This document shows positions 35,956 to 48,557 of a DNA stretch of 64,000 bases, one piece after another. Within the stretch, counting starts at the first letter, position 1; each line of letters opens with the position of its first letter. The position numbers and the translations under genes are program-made. Source of the stretch: Diplonema japonicum (taxonomy: Eukaryota; Protista; Euglenozoa: Diplonemea); assembly GCA_964019335.1 (NCBI GenBank), contig OZ025722.1:248001-312000 (forward strand), in the 5' to 3' direction. Under the pieces are notes generated by a model. It saw only the letters and a list, made by a program, of their open reading frames with translations. It did not search any database and was not told the DNA's origin.

Positions 35956-38900
35956 ATGGTCAGAAGCCGCATGCCGCTTCTGTTATGGAGCGCGTCACTG
36001 CTTGTGGTGCTCGCGGGGGCGCAGGACACGGCACCGTCTACGACAACGACCTCTGAGCCGCTGACGGTGTTCTCTCTGGCGTCGTCTCTGTCGGAGACGG
36101 TGGACGCCTTCAGGGGGACGGTGGCGGACGCGCTGGTGGACCGGGCGGACGCCCTGATCGACGCGCTCGGGGTGAAGAGCGCTGTGGAGGCGATGGTGGA
36201 GAGCACGGATCGACTGAACGACCTGAAGGACCAGACGGTGGAGGCCCTGGACAACATGATGGACTTCCTGGAAGGGGACGAGGTGGACACCTACACGGAC
36301 GAGCTGACGAACCTCGCGACGAACCTGAAGCCCTACATCCGAACCTTCTCTGGACAGTGCAACTCGTCGGTGGCCTCGGCAAGCAGGAAGGCCCTGCTCC
36401 TGGAGGCGTCGCAGAACCACCTGAAGAGGCGTATCGCGAAGCCGCTGGCGAGGAACTGCGACCAGCAGGCCTTCGGGTGCCCGCTCTTCACGGTGACCCT
36501 TGGCTTCGACGTCTCTTACACGCGCTTGAAGAAGGGGAACTTCCACTTCACCCCCTCTGTGGGGCTCGGGGTGAGCGTCGGGGTGGACACGGCCCCTCTG
36601 GACAACTGGTACAACCACATCTTTGTCGGGATCGGTCTTGGTTGGGGTGTTGGTTTCAGCTATGAGTACACGGCTGCTCCTGCTGTTCCTACCCCTGTCC
36701 CCACACCTGTTCCTACCCCTGTCCCTACACCGGTTCCTACACCTGTTCCTACACCTGTCCCTACACCTGTTCCTACACCTGTTCCTACACCTGTTCCTAC
36801 ACCTGTTCCTACACCTGTTCCTACACCGGTTCCTACACCGGTTCCTACACCTGTCCCCACACCTGTTCCGACCCCTGTCCCCACCCCTGTCCCTACACCT
36901 GTTCCGACTCCGGTTCCGACCCCTGTCCCCACCCCTGTCCCCACGCCGGCCCCTACCCCGGAGCCCTCGAGCGCGTGCACGACGGACAACGACTGTGGGC
37001 TGGACGAGGTCTGCACGATGGGGCTGTGCGTGATGGAGACGACGACGAAAGGGGGGAGGAAGGCGCTGTCCGTGGAGGAGAGGCGGGAGGCGGAGCTGCT
37101 CGCAGCGCCGACGGACAAGAAGGGTTTCTTCGCGAACACGAAGTTCGAGCTGTCTTTGTCGGTGGAGTGGTTCGCGAACGCGGGGGCGTACAGCGGCTTC
37201 GCCTTCACGATCGGGGTGGACATGCCGGAGATCGTGCAGGCGGTGACGGGGATCGAGGGGGCGACGATCGTCTTCACGCACCCGCACTGGAGGTGCTTCG
37301 AGGTGGTGTCGGCGAGCAACTGGTGGGGGAGCGTGCTTTTCGGAGGGTTCGGGCTGACCCTGAAGTCGTGGGAGCTGTTCACGAAGACGAACGCGCAGGC
37401 GACGGGAGAGATGGACGCGGCGATCGACGGGCTGCAGGAGAAGGTGAAGAAGTCGCTTCCGGAGGTGATCGCGAGTTGGAAGAAGCAGCGGGCGGAGGCG
37501 ATCACCGACGCGCTCGGGAACAAGTGGTCCGGGATCGGGTTCAGCCTCGGGATGGCGGCGACCTTGGAGGACACGAACGACAAGACGAGTTTGGGGTACC
37601 GAAAGGAGGAGTGCCCGTTCAACACCCCGGAGCCCCCTGCGGTTCCCGAGGCGAACGACACGGCTTCTATCAACAACAACAACAACAACAAGAACGGCGG
37701 CGGCTCAAGGGAACTCTTGGACTCAGCATCAGACCTCGGAGACTTCGTGGAACTGATAAGACCAGTCCTCAGAGACGGAGAGGTGACGATGCCCTTCTGC
37801 CTCGGAGCCTGCAGCAACCCGACCCCGACCACCTCGATCTCGGGGACCGGACGGATCGGGCAGGCAACGACCTGCGACGGGGTGGAGGCGAGCGTGTGGT
37901 TGGACCAAATAACGATGGCGAACGTGGCCTACCTGGTGACGAGCAACTTCGACAGGGACGTGGCGAACGCCCTGGACACGATCCTGTCGCCCGTGCTGTC
38001 CTTCGGGATCCAGGACACGAAGCTCGCCCTCGCGGCGACGACCTCCGGGGTGAAGCTGTACGCGATCGGGTCGCCGAAGCTTCCGGACGTGCTGGAGGGG
38101 GACTTCTTGGAGGTGATCGCGGACCTCACGTCGAGCTTCCGGGTGTCGGCGAGCGCGGAGCTGACGTTCTCCGGGTCGGCGGTGCTGGAGCTGCGGGTGG
38201 GGACGGACCCGGACAACTCGGAGAGCAACTTCGCCCTCGTGAACACGGCGGGGACCCTCGGGATGAGCATCTACATCCAGTTCGAGCACGTGTTCGGGGG
38301 GACGCCGACGCAGAGCCTCGGGGTGAACATCCCGCTGAAGATCTGCGTGGAGCGGTGCTCTGAGGTCTACGCGAACCGCTACTTCCTGTTCCTCATCGGG
38401 GACCTGTCGCTGGTGGTGAGCCCGACGGCGCAGCTGGTGCGCGGGACCCTCACCATGGACGGGTGGTGGTACCGCGCCTTGGGGCTCCCCTTCCTCCACA
38501 TCGGGGACATCGTCCTCGGGGCGGAGTGGGACCTGAAGTCCCCGATCCCGACAGGGTTCGTTATCGGGGGCGCGGTCTGCCTCGGGAAGGAGGCGAACTG
38601 CAAGACGGACACGGCGCCCTTCATCGAGGGCCGCACCTACGTCGGGGTGAGCGCGACCCTCCCGGAGGACAACTTCTTCATCGCGATGGTGTCGGAGCTC
38701 ACCATCGGCGGGGTCATCGACCTCGTGTCGGAGTACGTCCCCGCCCTGGACACGGTGTCGATCCCGGGGAAGCTCGGGGAGTCCGGGATCTACCCCTACG
38801 ACAAGGACTACAAGACGAAGTGCGCGGGGCAGCTGGACGGCTACGCGAACGAGACCACGCTGGATTTGGAGTGCTTCGCCTTCTTCTCCTTCAGCCCTAT

Positions 38901-41900
38901 CAAGGAGCAGAGGCTGGCCTTCCGGAGCGGGGACGTGGTGATCCCCGCCGGGGTCGCCCTGCAGGGGCGCCTGAACTTCCTCGGCTGGGAGATCGCGATC
39001 GACCTCGCGGTGAGCAAGACCCGCTTCTACATCAACGCCTGGATGGACCCGGTGGACCTGGACATCGGAGGGTTCAAGATGCGGATCGGGAACCGCTTGG
39101 AGAACAAGGTGGCGGTGGGCGGGGCGAAGTTCCTGGTGGACCTGCAGGTGGCGCCGTCCCCGAGCGCCCTGATCGACATCGGGGGAGCCTTCGACATCCC
39201 GATGCTGAAGGCGTACGGCTACCTGAACGTGACCCTGAACGCGGAGATCTTCTCCTTCTCGGCGGGGATCAGCCTCTTCGGCGGGGCGCTGTCCTCGCAC
39301 GTGAACGTGACCTGGAACTGGGACCTCACCTTCTTCAAGATGGAGCTGCGGGACATGAACTTCCTGGAGGTGGTGAAGATCAAGCAGGTCCTCTTCATGT
39401 ACGACTTGACACAACCGATCCCGTACGCCATCTTCCAGTGCAAGATCCAGGTCCTGTTCATAAACCTCGAGGCGAAGGTGGAGGTGAACGGGAACGAGAT
39501 CGACTTCGCGGTGACGGTGGACCTGGCGCTCGTGACGACGACGGTGAGCGGGCACGCGACGGTCGCCTCGAGCTTCGAGGACTCGGAGTTCGACATCTCT
39601 GTGTCGGTGTCTCTGGGGGACCTGGGGCAGGCGATCGTGGACGGGATCAACGACGCGTGCAAGGCGGTGGCGAAGGTGGCGACGGAGGCCTGGAACTTCG
39701 TGGAGGGGAAGGTGCAGGCTTTGTGGACCGGGATCAAGGACGTCTTCAACAACGCTTTGAGCGCGATCAAGAACGCGGTCGGGGCCTTCCTGGACAGCAT
39801 CGAGGACGTGATCGCGGACGTGGTGGGGGCGCTGAAGGAGGTCCCGGTGCTCGGGAAGATCGTGGAGGCCGGTGAGAAGCTCCTGGACGGGGACTTCGAG
39901 GGGGCGGCGCAGTCCTTCGGGAGCGCGATCGGGATCTTCAGCACGGAGGGGCACAAGATCGTGGACGCGGGGGGCAAGAACGAGTACGGGTGCAAGTACG
40001 TGAAGGAGCAGTGGAGGGAGTGCTGGTGCCACGGGCTGTGCGCCTTCGGGAAGACCTGCAAGACGAAGTCCGGGTCGAAGTACGCGGAGCCGGGGTGCAT
40101 GGAGGACGTGGCGCTCGCGGCGGCGGAGGTGAAGACGAAGTCCGACAAGATGGCGAAGAAGAGGGGGGTGATCGACGACTCGAAGGAGATCAACCCGGGG
40201 TTGGAGAGCATCGACGCCGGGACGGCGGTCCCGATGCCGTCGCTGCAGCCGTCGACGGTGTCGGTGCCGTTCGGGTCGAACTCGGCGGCGGCGGCGGGGG
40301 CCTTCAACGGCGGGGTGAAGCAGTACGGCGGGAAGGGCTCTGGCGGCGGGCTGTCCGGGTCGGAGCAGGCGGTGTCCCTCAGCAACATGCCGTACGACTT
40401 CACGTCGCAGGCGAGCTACGACGCGAGCGTGGAGAACACGCAGAACAGGATGGTGACGGCGATGAAGGACAAGGCGCTGGAGAAGCAAGGGGGGATGGGG
40501 AGCGACATCAGCAGCGAGGCGGGGCTGGTGGCGCGGAACCCCCCGGTCCTCGGGGCCGCGACCTCGTACACCTTCCGCTGCGACCAACCGATCAACCTGG
40601 ACAGCCTGAAGCCGCAGCCCGTGTACATCGACCCCGCGTGCACCTCGGGGGCCGTGGTGGTGATGCTGAGGAAGACCACGCTCCCGACCTCGCAGTTCCC
40701 GAACAGGATCTGCGGCTCCTACTTCCTGGAGGTGGTGTGGCAGCTGCAGGACAACCCGGCCTGCGGGGGGACCTCGGACGAGGTGAAGCAGATCATCACG
40801 GTGGAGCCGGCCCCGCCCGCCTTCTCCTTCTTCCCGGCGGACGCGCACATCAACACGCAGCAGACCCTGGACCCGGCGGTGCTGGGGATCGCGGAGGGGG
40901 AGTCCCCCTGCAAGCAGGAGTTCGACATCTTCTCCGTGGACAGCGACCCGAAGCCGGTGGAAAACCAGTGCGGGAAGTGGACGATCGAGAGGACGTGGAC
41001 GATCGTCCCCTACTTCTCCGACGCGGTGTGCACGGGGACCTTCGCGGACAGCAGCAGCAGGATCCAGACCATTTATATCACGGACGAGACGGCCCCTGTC
41101 TTCACCTACACCCCCGGGGCGGAAATAGAGGTTCCCTTCTTCGAGAACTTCGGGTCGGCGAACCCGATCCCGCTGACGGAGGAGCAGACGCACGCCGACT
41201 TCGCGGGGATGAACCTGGTGTCGGAGCCGACGACGACGACCTCGGTGGACGGCCCGCTCGTGAGGCAGTCGGTGAACCTGGAGGACGAGCCGACCTGCAG
41301 GGACCGCGGGCTCGCGCAGCAGACGAGGACCTGGACCACGACCGACAAGTGCGGGAACAGCAGGACCTTCCAGCAGACGGTGAAGGTGCAGCACCCTCCG
41401 ACCGCGCTGACGACGACGCAGCAGTGGACCCCGGCGGACCAGCTCTTCGTCCACTGGGTCGGGATAAACCAGCTCCCCGAGGTGTGCCACGCCGGGAAGG
41501 AGGTGGTCGGGGGCCCGAAGGGGTTCAAGCCGCTGGACGACTCGGCGACGGCGACGCACGACTGCGTGGACGCTCCCTGGACGGAGGACGGGTGCAGGAG
41601 GCTGGCCCCCGAGACCCCGACCTACACGGAGCAGGTCTACTCGGAGCCGCCGCGCTTCGTGAGCTTCCCCTCGGACATCACGATCAACACGACGCACTCG
41701 CTCCACCCGGACAGCGGGCTGGGGAGGCCGAGCGGGGCAGCCTACTGCGGGACCCCCCTCAGCATCCCCTTCCGCGACGCGGAGCCCGTCCTCATCTCCT
41801 GCGGGGTGTGGGAGATCAAGCGAACCTGGAAGGTGCAGCCGCACTACAAGGACTGCGGGGAGGACTTCGACGCCTACCCGGACTCCCTGACGACGACGCG

Positions 41901-43266
41901 CGTGCAGACGATCACGGTGGAGGACCTGTTCGCCCCCGAGTTCATCGAGACCCCCGAGGCGGACCAGTTCGTGCACTTCCTGTCGGACTACGGCCCCTCG
42001 GTGACGGGGGTGCCCCTCGTGGAGGACATCGCGACCCACCCGGACATGGCAGCCCTGAACCTCGTCTCCTACCCGATCAAGCTGGAGTACGCGGACGTCG
42101 CCTTCGACTTCCACAGCGACGCGCAGAGCTGCAGCGAGGGGCTCGCCGCGGTGACGAGGAGGTGGACCACCCGCGACCGCTGCGAGACCACGGCGACCTG
42201 GGAGCAGGTGGTGCGGGTGGAGCACCCGCGCGCGGAGGGCGGGATGGGGGAGATGGGGAACGCCACCCAGTTCCAGGCCTTCTCCGTCGGGGACATTTAT
42301 TTGGAGAACACGACCGTCGGGGACGTCGGCTCCGTGGAGGAGGTGACCCTGAAGAGGAGCGTCGCCGACAGGGTCGTCGCGGGGATCGCGGAGCCGCTGA
42401 CGGACCACTGCGGGATGCCCGTCCAGGAGCTCGGGGACAGCGCAGCCGACAACATCACCGACTTCTCGGAGGCGCTCCTGAACCTCCCGCCCCTCCGCAC
42501 GGGGGCCATGAAGATCACCTGCCCCGACCAGAACCAGTCCCTCTGCAAGGTCGACATGCTGACCCCCAACTCCACAACGAAGGTCACCATCGACGACGAC
42601 AACAACATGCTGCTCGAGGGCGACGGCGACCTGTACAACATCTTCTCGGTGAAGGGGAACGAGTGGCTCATTCCCACCCCGCACCCTGTGCACCACACCT
42701 GGTGGGGCTGGGACCACTGGCACACCCACAAGTGGCACAAGGATGTGTGGAGGACCGACCCGAAGCCGACCATGACTGTGAGGGCATCTGGATGGGTCAT
42801 CATGAACATCGAGTACGGACACCTGGACCACAGGCTGGACACCCTGAGAGACACCATTTTCGAGGGGAGGTCCCTCGGGGCCCCCTTCACCATCTACAAC
42901 ATGAAGCAGATCTGCGAGAGCCACAGCGACTGGCACAGGGAGAGGGAGTGCAGGTACATCCACCACTGGTGGGGCTGGCACCACTGGCACCACCATGGTC
43001 ACCACCACGGGCACAACCACCACGGGAACCACGGGCACCACACCTGGCACTGGCACTCCCACTGGAAGGGCTTCCACGACACCAACATGCTGCTGAAGAA
43101 CGTGACCCTGCACGGGACCCTCGTCACCCAAGACGAGAGGGTGAGGCTCGAGATCGAGAAGTCGAGGGTCTATGGGCAGGTCATCTCCGCTGGGAGAAAA
43201 TTGTACGTAGAGGACACACAGTTCCACTGCAACCTCTTCCCTACCAACACCCCGTGCCCGCAGTAG
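35956..43266 (+). CDS. Giant secreted multidomain protein, copy 4 (2436 aa)
   Basis: As copy 2 with three extra PTPV units and an A>T change near the C-terminus (FPTNTPCPQ). Confidence 0.92.
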   Translation: MVRSRMPLLLWSASLLVVLAGAQDTAPSTTTTSEPLTVFSLASSLSETVDAFRGTVADALVDRADALIDALGVKSAVEAMVESTDRLNDLKDQTVEALDNMMDFLEGDEVDTYTDELTNLATNLKPYIRTFSGQCNSSVASASRKALLLEASQNHLKRRIAKPLARNCDQQAFGCPLFTVTLGFDVSYTRLKKGNFHFTPSVGLGVSVGVDTAPLDNWYNHIFVGIGLGWGVGFSYEYTAAPAVPTPVPTPVPTPVPTPVPTPVPTPVPTPVPTPVPTPVPTPVPTPVPTPVPTPVPTPVPTPVPTPVPTPVPTPVPTPVPTPVPTPVPTPAPTPEPSSACTTDNDCGLDEVCTMGLCVMETTTKGGRKALSVEERREAELLAAPTDKKGFFANTKFELSLSVEWFANAGAYSGFAFTIGVDMPEIVQAVTGIEGATIVFTHPHWRCFEVVSASNWWGSVLFGGFGLTLKSWELFTKTNAQATGEMDAAIDGLQEKVKKSLPEVIASWKKQRAEAITDALGNKWSGIGFSLGMAATLEDTNDKTSLGYRKEECPFNTPEPPAVPEANDTASINNNNNNKNGGGSRELLDSASDLGDFVELIRPVLRDGEVTMPFCLGACSNPTPTTSISGTGRIGQATTCDGVEASVWLDQITMANVAYLVTSNFDRDVANALDTILSPVLSFGIQDTKLALAATTSGVKLYAIGSPKLPDVLEGDFLEVIADLTSSFRVSASAELTFSGSAVLELRVGTDPDNSESNFALVNTAGTLGMSIYIQFEHVFGGTPTQSLGVNIPLKICVERCSEVYANRYFLFLIGDLSLVVSPTAQLVRGTLTMDGWWYRALGLPFLHIGDIVLGAEWDLKSPIPTGFVIGGAVCLGKEANCKTDTAPFIEGRTYVGVSATLPEDNFFIAMVSELTIGGVIDLVSEYVPALDTVSIPGKLGESGIYPYDKDYKTKCAGQLDGYANETTLDLECFAFFSFSPIKEQRLAFRSGDVVIPAGVALQGRLNFLGWEIAIDLAVSKTRFYINAWMDPVDLDIGGFKMRIGNRLENKVAVGGAKFLVDLQVAPSPSALIDIGGAFDIPMLKAYGYLNVTLNAEIFSFSAGISLFGGALSSHVNVTWNWDLTFFKMELRDMNFLEVVKIKQVLFMYDLTQPIPYAIFQCKIQVLFINLEAKVEVNGNEIDFAVTVDLALVTTTVSGHATVASSFEDSEFDISVSVSLGDLGQAIVDGINDACKAVAKVATEAWNFVEGKVQALWTGIKDVFNNALSAIKNAVGAFLDSIEDVIADVVGALKEVPVLGKIVEAGEKLLDGDFEGAAQSFGSAIGIFSTEGHKIVDAGGKNEYGCKYVKEQWRECWCHGLCAFGKTCKTKSGSKYAEPGCMEDVALAAAEVKTKSDKMAKKRGVIDDSKEINPGLESIDAGTAVPMPSLQPSTVSVPFGSNSAAAAGAFNGGVKQYGGKGSGGGLSGSEQAVSLSNMPYDFTSQASYDASVENTQNRMVTAMKDKALEKQGGMGSDISSEAGLVARNPPVLGAATSYTFRCDQPINLDSLKPQPVYIDPACTSGAVVVMLRKTTLPTSQFPNRICGSYFLEVVWQLQDNPACGGTSDEVKQIITVEPAPPAFSFFPADAHINTQQTLDPAVLGIAEGESPCKQEFDIFSVDSDPKPVENQCGKWTIERTWTIVPYFSDAVCTGTFADSSSRIQTIYITDETAPVFTYTPGAEIEVPFFENFGSANPIPLTEEQTHADFAGMNLVSEPTTTTSVDGPLVRQSVNLEDEPTCRDRGLAQQTRTWTTTDKCGNSRTFQQTVKVQHPPTALTTTQQWTPADQLFVHWVGINQLPEVCHAGKEVVGGPKGFKPLDDSATATHDCVDAPWTEDGCRRLAPETPTYTEQVYSEPPRFVSFPSDITINTTHSLHPDSGLGRPSGAAYCGTPLSIPFRDAEPVLISCGVWEIKRTWKVQPHYKDCGEDFDAYPDSLTTTRVQTITVEDLFAPEFIETPEADQFVHFLSDYGPSVTGVPLVEDIATHPDMAALNLVSYPIKLEYADVAFDFHSDAQSCSEGLAAVTRRWTTRDRCETTATWEQVVRVEHPRAEGGMGEMGNATQFQAFSVGDIYLENTTVGDVGSVEEVTLKRSVADRVVAGIAEPLTDHCGMPVQELGDSAADNITDFSEALLNLPPLRTGAMKITCPDQNQSLCKVDMLTPNSTTKVTIDDDNNMLLEGDGDLYNIFSVKGNEWLIPTPHPVHHTWWGWDHWHTHKWHKDVWRTDPKPTMTVRASGWVIMNIEYGHLDHRLDTLRDTIFEGRSLGAPFTIYNMKQICESHSDWHRERECRYIHHWWGWHHWHHHGHHHGHNHHGNHGHHTWHWHSHWKGFHDTNMLLKNVTLHGTLVTQDERVRLEIEKSRVYGQVISAGRKLYVEDTQFHCNLFPTNTPCPQ
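36688..36939 (+). repeat. 12-bp minisatellite encoding (PTPV)21, copy 4
   Basis: Three extra CCTACACCTGTT units. Confidence 0.93.
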
Positions 43267-43642
43267 AAATAATGGTTTTGGAGCTTAATTGATGGGGAAA
43301 AGAAGCTACTTCTTCCCCACCCATTTAAACACAAGGTTTAGTTTCATTTTATGAAAAGAAGTAATGCAATAATGAAGGAAGCCTCTTCCCGAGGTGGAGT
43401 CATGTTTGTATTCCCCTTCCCTCCACTTCTTTTTCCGCCCCCTTCCTACCTTCTATAACCTAAAAGAAGGTATTTTACCGATTCCCTTCCATTTTTTACG
43501 CTCATTTTTGTATGAAAATGAAAATAAGAAATGTTGACAAAAATCAATCGATAATATTCTCCTTTCCCCCCATCACCTCTTTTTTTTTTTCTTTTCTTTT
43601 TCTTTTTTTATTTCTTTTTCGAAATTTTAATCGTTTTTCATT

Positions 43643-43678
<36 letters not shown>

Positions 43679-43870
43679 ATTTATTGCGGCTTCATAGTTG
43701 TGGGCCGGGTACCAGAGATTATTGAGGTGATGAGAAGTGGTGGGGTGGATGGTACAAAGGAGGTATTGCCTTGTCTTTTCTGATGAGGCATAAACTAAGG
43801 CAGTTTAGATGATGCTGAAGCAAAAAAAAAATAATTATTTTTGAAAATCCTGCTTTGGGCCCTCCTGAAG

Positions 43871-43902
<32 letters not shown>

Positions 43903-44272
43903 TTCCATCCCACTCTCTCAATCTCGCTTCTGTTACTCCAGGCTCCAAGCTGCTCCTTGTTGCAGTTTTTTTTTTTTTTTTTTAATTTTTTTTTTTTATT
44001 ATTTTCATTGTGAATCACCCTTTGCTTCACTTTCCTCAGTTACTATTTGGCGACTTCAGCCAGCTGTAAGTGACTTGAAATACCATGTTAGTTTATTGGC
44101 AAAAGGGGTGCTTTTTTTTTTTATTATTATTATTAGAAAAAGAAAAAAAGAATTGCTGCAAAAACAAAAAAAAGGGGGGGGGGGTGAGGATGGCAAAAAG
44201 AGAAAAAGAATCACTAGATATGCATTATCTCTTGAAATTTTTGTTCACCTCTCTCTCTCCCATTTCCGGAAG

Positions 44273-44316
<44 letters not shown>

Positions 44317-44971
44317 AGCGCAATTTCGTGCCTTACAGAATTCTTTTTTTTCTCCTCTCTCTTCCCAGTACTTTTTTTTCTCTTTTTTTCTTCTTGGCCA
44401 ATTTATGTTGATTAAGTAAGCAACAATCAATGCCAATTTTACTTCCCTCTCCCCTCTCTTAACATTTTCCTCAACTTGTAGACCGTCCTTTTTTTTTTAA
44501 GGCATTTACCTCAAATATGATGCCAAGCATTTCAAATGCTTGGCGCCTATGCACGGTACTTTAATATAATAAAGAAAAAAAAAATAGTTTTTCTTTTTTT
44601 TTTTCTTTTATATTTTTGCTTTTCAAGGACTTCTCCCCCCCCCCCCCCCCCCCCCGCGATCCCACCCTTCCCCCTTTTTTTTTCCACGAACACATAGGTG
44701 CTCTTGATGTCATGAAGATCTCTTTTAACTTTAAAAGAGATCAATTATAAGAGACATGTATTCTTTTTATTGCCGCTCCCCCTTTATGATCTCGGCAACT
44801 TATTAACAGTGGACACCCCTTCCCTCCGCCCTCTGCACACTGAATTTTTTCTATGGAATCCTTCTTCTTCTTTGCTTTCGGTCACAACATCTCAAAAAAA
44901 AAAAAAAAAAAAAAAAGAATCGTAAGCTTATACTCTTTTTTTCTTTCCTCTTGTTCTCCTCCTTTTTTCTG

Positions 44972-45002
<31 letters not shown>

Positions 45003-45305
45003 TTTTTTTTACACCCATGATCTTTTATTTTTTTTGTGCAAACACCCCTTGTTTCACAAATTTAAAAAAAAAGAAAAACAAAAAACAAAAACAAACAAAA
45101 AAAAAGAAGAAGTAAGGATGAAGGATGAAGCTTTCAGTAGACAATTCCTCTTTCCACATCCCCCCCCCCCCCCCCCCCGCCCGCCCTCTTTTTTTATTTT
45201 TTTTTTTATTTACTCCCTCTCTTTTTTATTTTTAAAAACTTTTTACGCCCCTCTAAAATTCTCAACAGAAAAAAAGAAGAGGAAAAAAAAAAAAAAAAAA
45301 AACGG

Positions 45306-45971
45306 ATGGAAGATGTTACCATTCAAAGGTCTGCGATAATACGATTCCCGGAAGACGAGGTTGGGACGGCGGGGGAGTTCGCCTGCAAGCTCGAGGAACT
45401 CAGGCAGAGATACCCCGCATGGGTGGTGAAGGGGTCAGTCTGTGCAGAGGACTTGGTTATACCCGAGAAACCAACACTCCGGAAAGGAAATATAGATGAA
45501 AGGGTGAGGGGGAAACGAAAAGCTGTCCGGGAGTACGTGGCAGAAGCTGAGCTACGCGCTGCAGCAGTAGCTCGAGAAGGGGAGGAGGAAGACGAAGAAA
45601 TTGAAGATTGCCGCTCGTCCAGCGGCGGCGATGTCACCAACGACAACCCTTTTCAAATCGGCTCGGCAGTGGTTATCAACACCCCACCGCACACGGATCA
45701 GAAGGGCACAATAACCTCAATAGAAAACCCGGAGTGTTTCCGAGTGACCCTCCCTTGCGGTACTTCTTGGTGGTGCTCCTGTGATGAAGTGACCCCGCTC
45801 CCTTCTTCGAACCCAACTGTTTCTTTAAGTACACTGGCGCGCCTGCGGTCTCTTGAGAAGCAAAACGCATTGCTTCTTTCCGCCCTGCGTTCCTGCCCCC
45901 CTTCCGCCTTCAGCTCGATGCCCTCCGAGAAGCGAGCTGAATTAGATGGGTTGCTATTGGAGAAAAGTTGA
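45306..45971 (+). CDS. Hypothetical protein (221 aa) with KOW/SH3-like segment and short coiled coil
   Basis: ORF lies between homopolymer spacers; FQIGSAVVI...KGTITSI...FRVTLPCGTSWW. Confidence 0.7.
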   Translation: MEDVTIQRSAIIRFPEDEVGTAGEFACKLEELRQRYPAWVVKGSVCAEDLVIPEKPTLRKGNIDERVRGKRKAVREYVAEAELRAAAVAREGEEEDEEIEDCRSSSGGDVTNDNPFQIGSAVVINTPPHTDQKGTITSIENPECFRVTLPCGTSWWCSCDEVTPLPSSNPTVSLSTLARLRSLEKQNALLLSALRSCPPSAFSSMPSEKRAELDGLLLEKS

Positions 45972-46177
45972 AAAGAAAAAAAAAATTGTTTTTTTTTTTC
46001 CTTTTTTTTTACCCCATTCCCCCACCCCCATTTTTCTCATAACAAAACAGGGCAGGGGGGTGGGGGGAGACGTCCGGACGTCCGGAGAGCGCAAAAAGAA
46101 GAAAAGTAAAAAAAAAAAAAAAAAAAAAACACCCCCCTCCCCCCCCCCTCCCCATTTACACCCCATATCCCCCTACG

Positions 46178-48349
46178 ATGCCATTTTGCTGCTGCGTGAT
46201 GGGCAATTCGAAAAAACCGCAAAAAATGGCCCCGTTGAAACTGTTGGAAAAAGATGTGAACACGGTAACGCTGCAATGGGGAGCAGGGCTGACGGGGCAG
46301 CAGCAAGGGCCGTCTCATGTAGAGGTAAGATGCAGGAGGTACGGAGAGACCTGGATGAACGTGGACCCGAGAAGCAACCAGCTCGTCCCGTTGGGCACAG
46401 GATCCGTATGCAAAGGCTCCACAGGCACCATCATCGTGGGCGGCCTTGAAGAAAACGCCGACTATGAGTTCACCTGCTGCGAACGAGGAAGCAACGGCGG
46501 GACAGGACCGTACTCTGACCCGCTTGCCATAAAAACATCTTCAAAACCAAACCAGGTCTCGAAAATACATGTTTCAGAGATAACGGATGACGCTGCGCTC
46601 ATTACATGGGAGAACCCCAACGGGCTCTTCGACCTCATGCTGAAACTCCGCAAAAAGACGGTCAACGACGAAGGAGACTGGCTCAACATCGATTCCAAAA
46701 CATGTCAAGCTGTACAGAACGGTCAGGGCAAGGCACCTAGCGCCGACACACGCAAGCAGTCTATCACAGAACTCGATCCAAACACAGAGTATGAACTCAT
46801 TTCACGAGGTGGAAACGACGTCGGTTGGGGGCCTTCTACCGAACCCATCACATTCACAACACAACTGCGTTCAGTCGGGAAAGCCATTAAACTCACTTGC
46901 GATTCGACAAACAGGACAAACGCAACATTGTCGTGGGAACAACCCAACCAGGAAGCATTCTGCGTCGCCATCCGCGGGAGGAAAAAAGACCAGGAATGGA
47001 TGACGTTCGACAGGTCCAAAAATAGACTCCTTCCGTCCTCCGAATCCTCAATACCAACTTCGCAAACTACCGCGACGATTAAACGTTTAGAAGAAGGCAC
47101 CATCTACGAGTTCTCGGGGAGGGTCCTGTACAGGGAGGGTTGGTCACAATGGGCGGATTCGATCACGGTGACAACGTTAATAGGAATGCAGCCTGTTACA
47201 ATTGGGAAGATAACATGTTGTACAGCACATTTTGAATGGGAGGTTCCGGACGTTGCGGTCAACATTGCAATCCGGTGCAGAAAGGTAGGAAGCGATAAAT
47301 GGCAGCATGTCAACACACGTACCAACACTCTTGTCCCGCTTGGCGAGGGTATCGCACCTAGAGCGTCCGATCACGCGATTGTCCTCAGAGGCCTCGAGGA
47401 GAAGACAAAATACGAAACGGCAGCATGCGCGCGGACCGCTTCGGGATGGGGATCATACTCCCAAAAAACAATTTTCGAAACCCCCCCTGCAAACTGCGAG
47501 GTTCTAAAATGCCTCGAGGCCACCGCCTCCTCAGTCACACTAAAACTCAACGTCCCTTCATTCAAGGACGGCAGGGACAAGGTATCGATCCGATGTAAGA
47601 AGGAAGGCGACAACCCTTGGATGGACGTCGACGCGTCAAAAGGAAAACTAGTAACACGGGGCAACGGGACAGCTCTGTCAGAAGGAATCGTGTATGTGGA
47701 GGGCCTTGAGGAAGGCGCGACATATGAGATGGAAACGTCACGTGATGCTAAGGGAGTCCCGTCAACCCCTCTGTCCATTCTTCTAGGAAAGCCTTATGTA
47801 TATCGTGAGCCTCCTGCGACGTCGTGTGCTTGCTTCCGACGGTGCAGGGCTGCGTTGATTTCTAAACTGTCGGAAAAACCTATTCTTCTGGAGCATCTCA
47901 ACGATCTGGGTGATAAATGTTTCTGCAGCGGCTGCCACACCGACTACGCTGTATACAAGCGTGGTACCACCGATTACATCCTCCCTCTTGGGTGGTGCAG
48001 GGTCGGTGTTAAAACACACAAACCCCCTGCTCTCGAACAGCTTGCTTTCAAAAAATGGAATCCTTGTTACCACGGGACCTCGCCCGACCATCTAATCGAC
48101 GTGTTGTGTTGTGGGCAGTTGTTGAAACCTGGTTCGAGCACGCCGAAGGGGGGTAAGCTACACGTGCGTGAGGGGCATATACAAAAGGTCTTTAAGCGTA
48201 CGAACGCGCACACGGGGCATCGGGAAGACTTCGACCCTTCGCAGGTGTTCTTCAGCCCGTCTATTCGTTATTGCTCTTATGGCAGGGCTTACATGACTGA
48301 GTTTTCGTTTGCTGGGCATAAGTACCGATTTGCTTTGCAGGTGTGGGAG

Positions 48350-48380
<31 letters not shown>

Positions 48381-48557
48381 AAAAAGGTCCGGATCCAGCC
48401 AGACACCTACACCATAGGGCAGGAGACTGTTGGAGCCATGCGGAAGGGTGACACCATCGACCCTTATGTCCCAAATACTGCGATTGAGTGGTACACAGGG
48501 GAGTTGCATACCCATATGATCACAGGGGTTTTGGTAAATGAACGGGTAGATAAATAA
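46178..48557 (+). CDS. Fibronectin type III repeat protein with C-terminal NEURL4-like ADP-ribosyltransferase domain (exons 46178-48340, 48387-48557; ~777 aa)
   Basis: Five FN3-like repeats (..TL.W..; GLEE.T.YE..; GWG..S). ART motifs LPLGWCRVG, CYHGT, FFSPSIRY, ALQ|VRIQPDTYTIGQETVG, IEWY. Confidence 0.82.
48341..48386 (+). other. Almost pure-purine GT-AG intron (46 nt)
   Basis: GTGTGGGAG(A)nG(A)nAG; removal restores the QVRIQP motif of the NEURL4-like domain. Confidence 0.9.

Larger units (their letters stand above)
8694..43268 (+). repeat. Four-copy head-to-tail tandem gene array (ATG-to-ATG periods 9728, 8758, 8770 bp)
   Basis: Near-identical ~7.3-kb CDSs start at 8700, 18428, 27186 and 35956, each preceded by AAAAGCA. 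Confidence 0.98.

Noticed and set aside
8694-43268. Array as a transposon, LTR element or endogenous virus
   Set aside because: No transposase, RT, integrase or capsid motifs, terminal repeats or target-site duplications seen.
46069-46086. Overlapping palindromes GACGTCCGGACGTCCGGA upstream of the FN3 gene
   Set aside because: Explained by a short tandem duplication of CGTCCGGA; single occurrence and no support for function.
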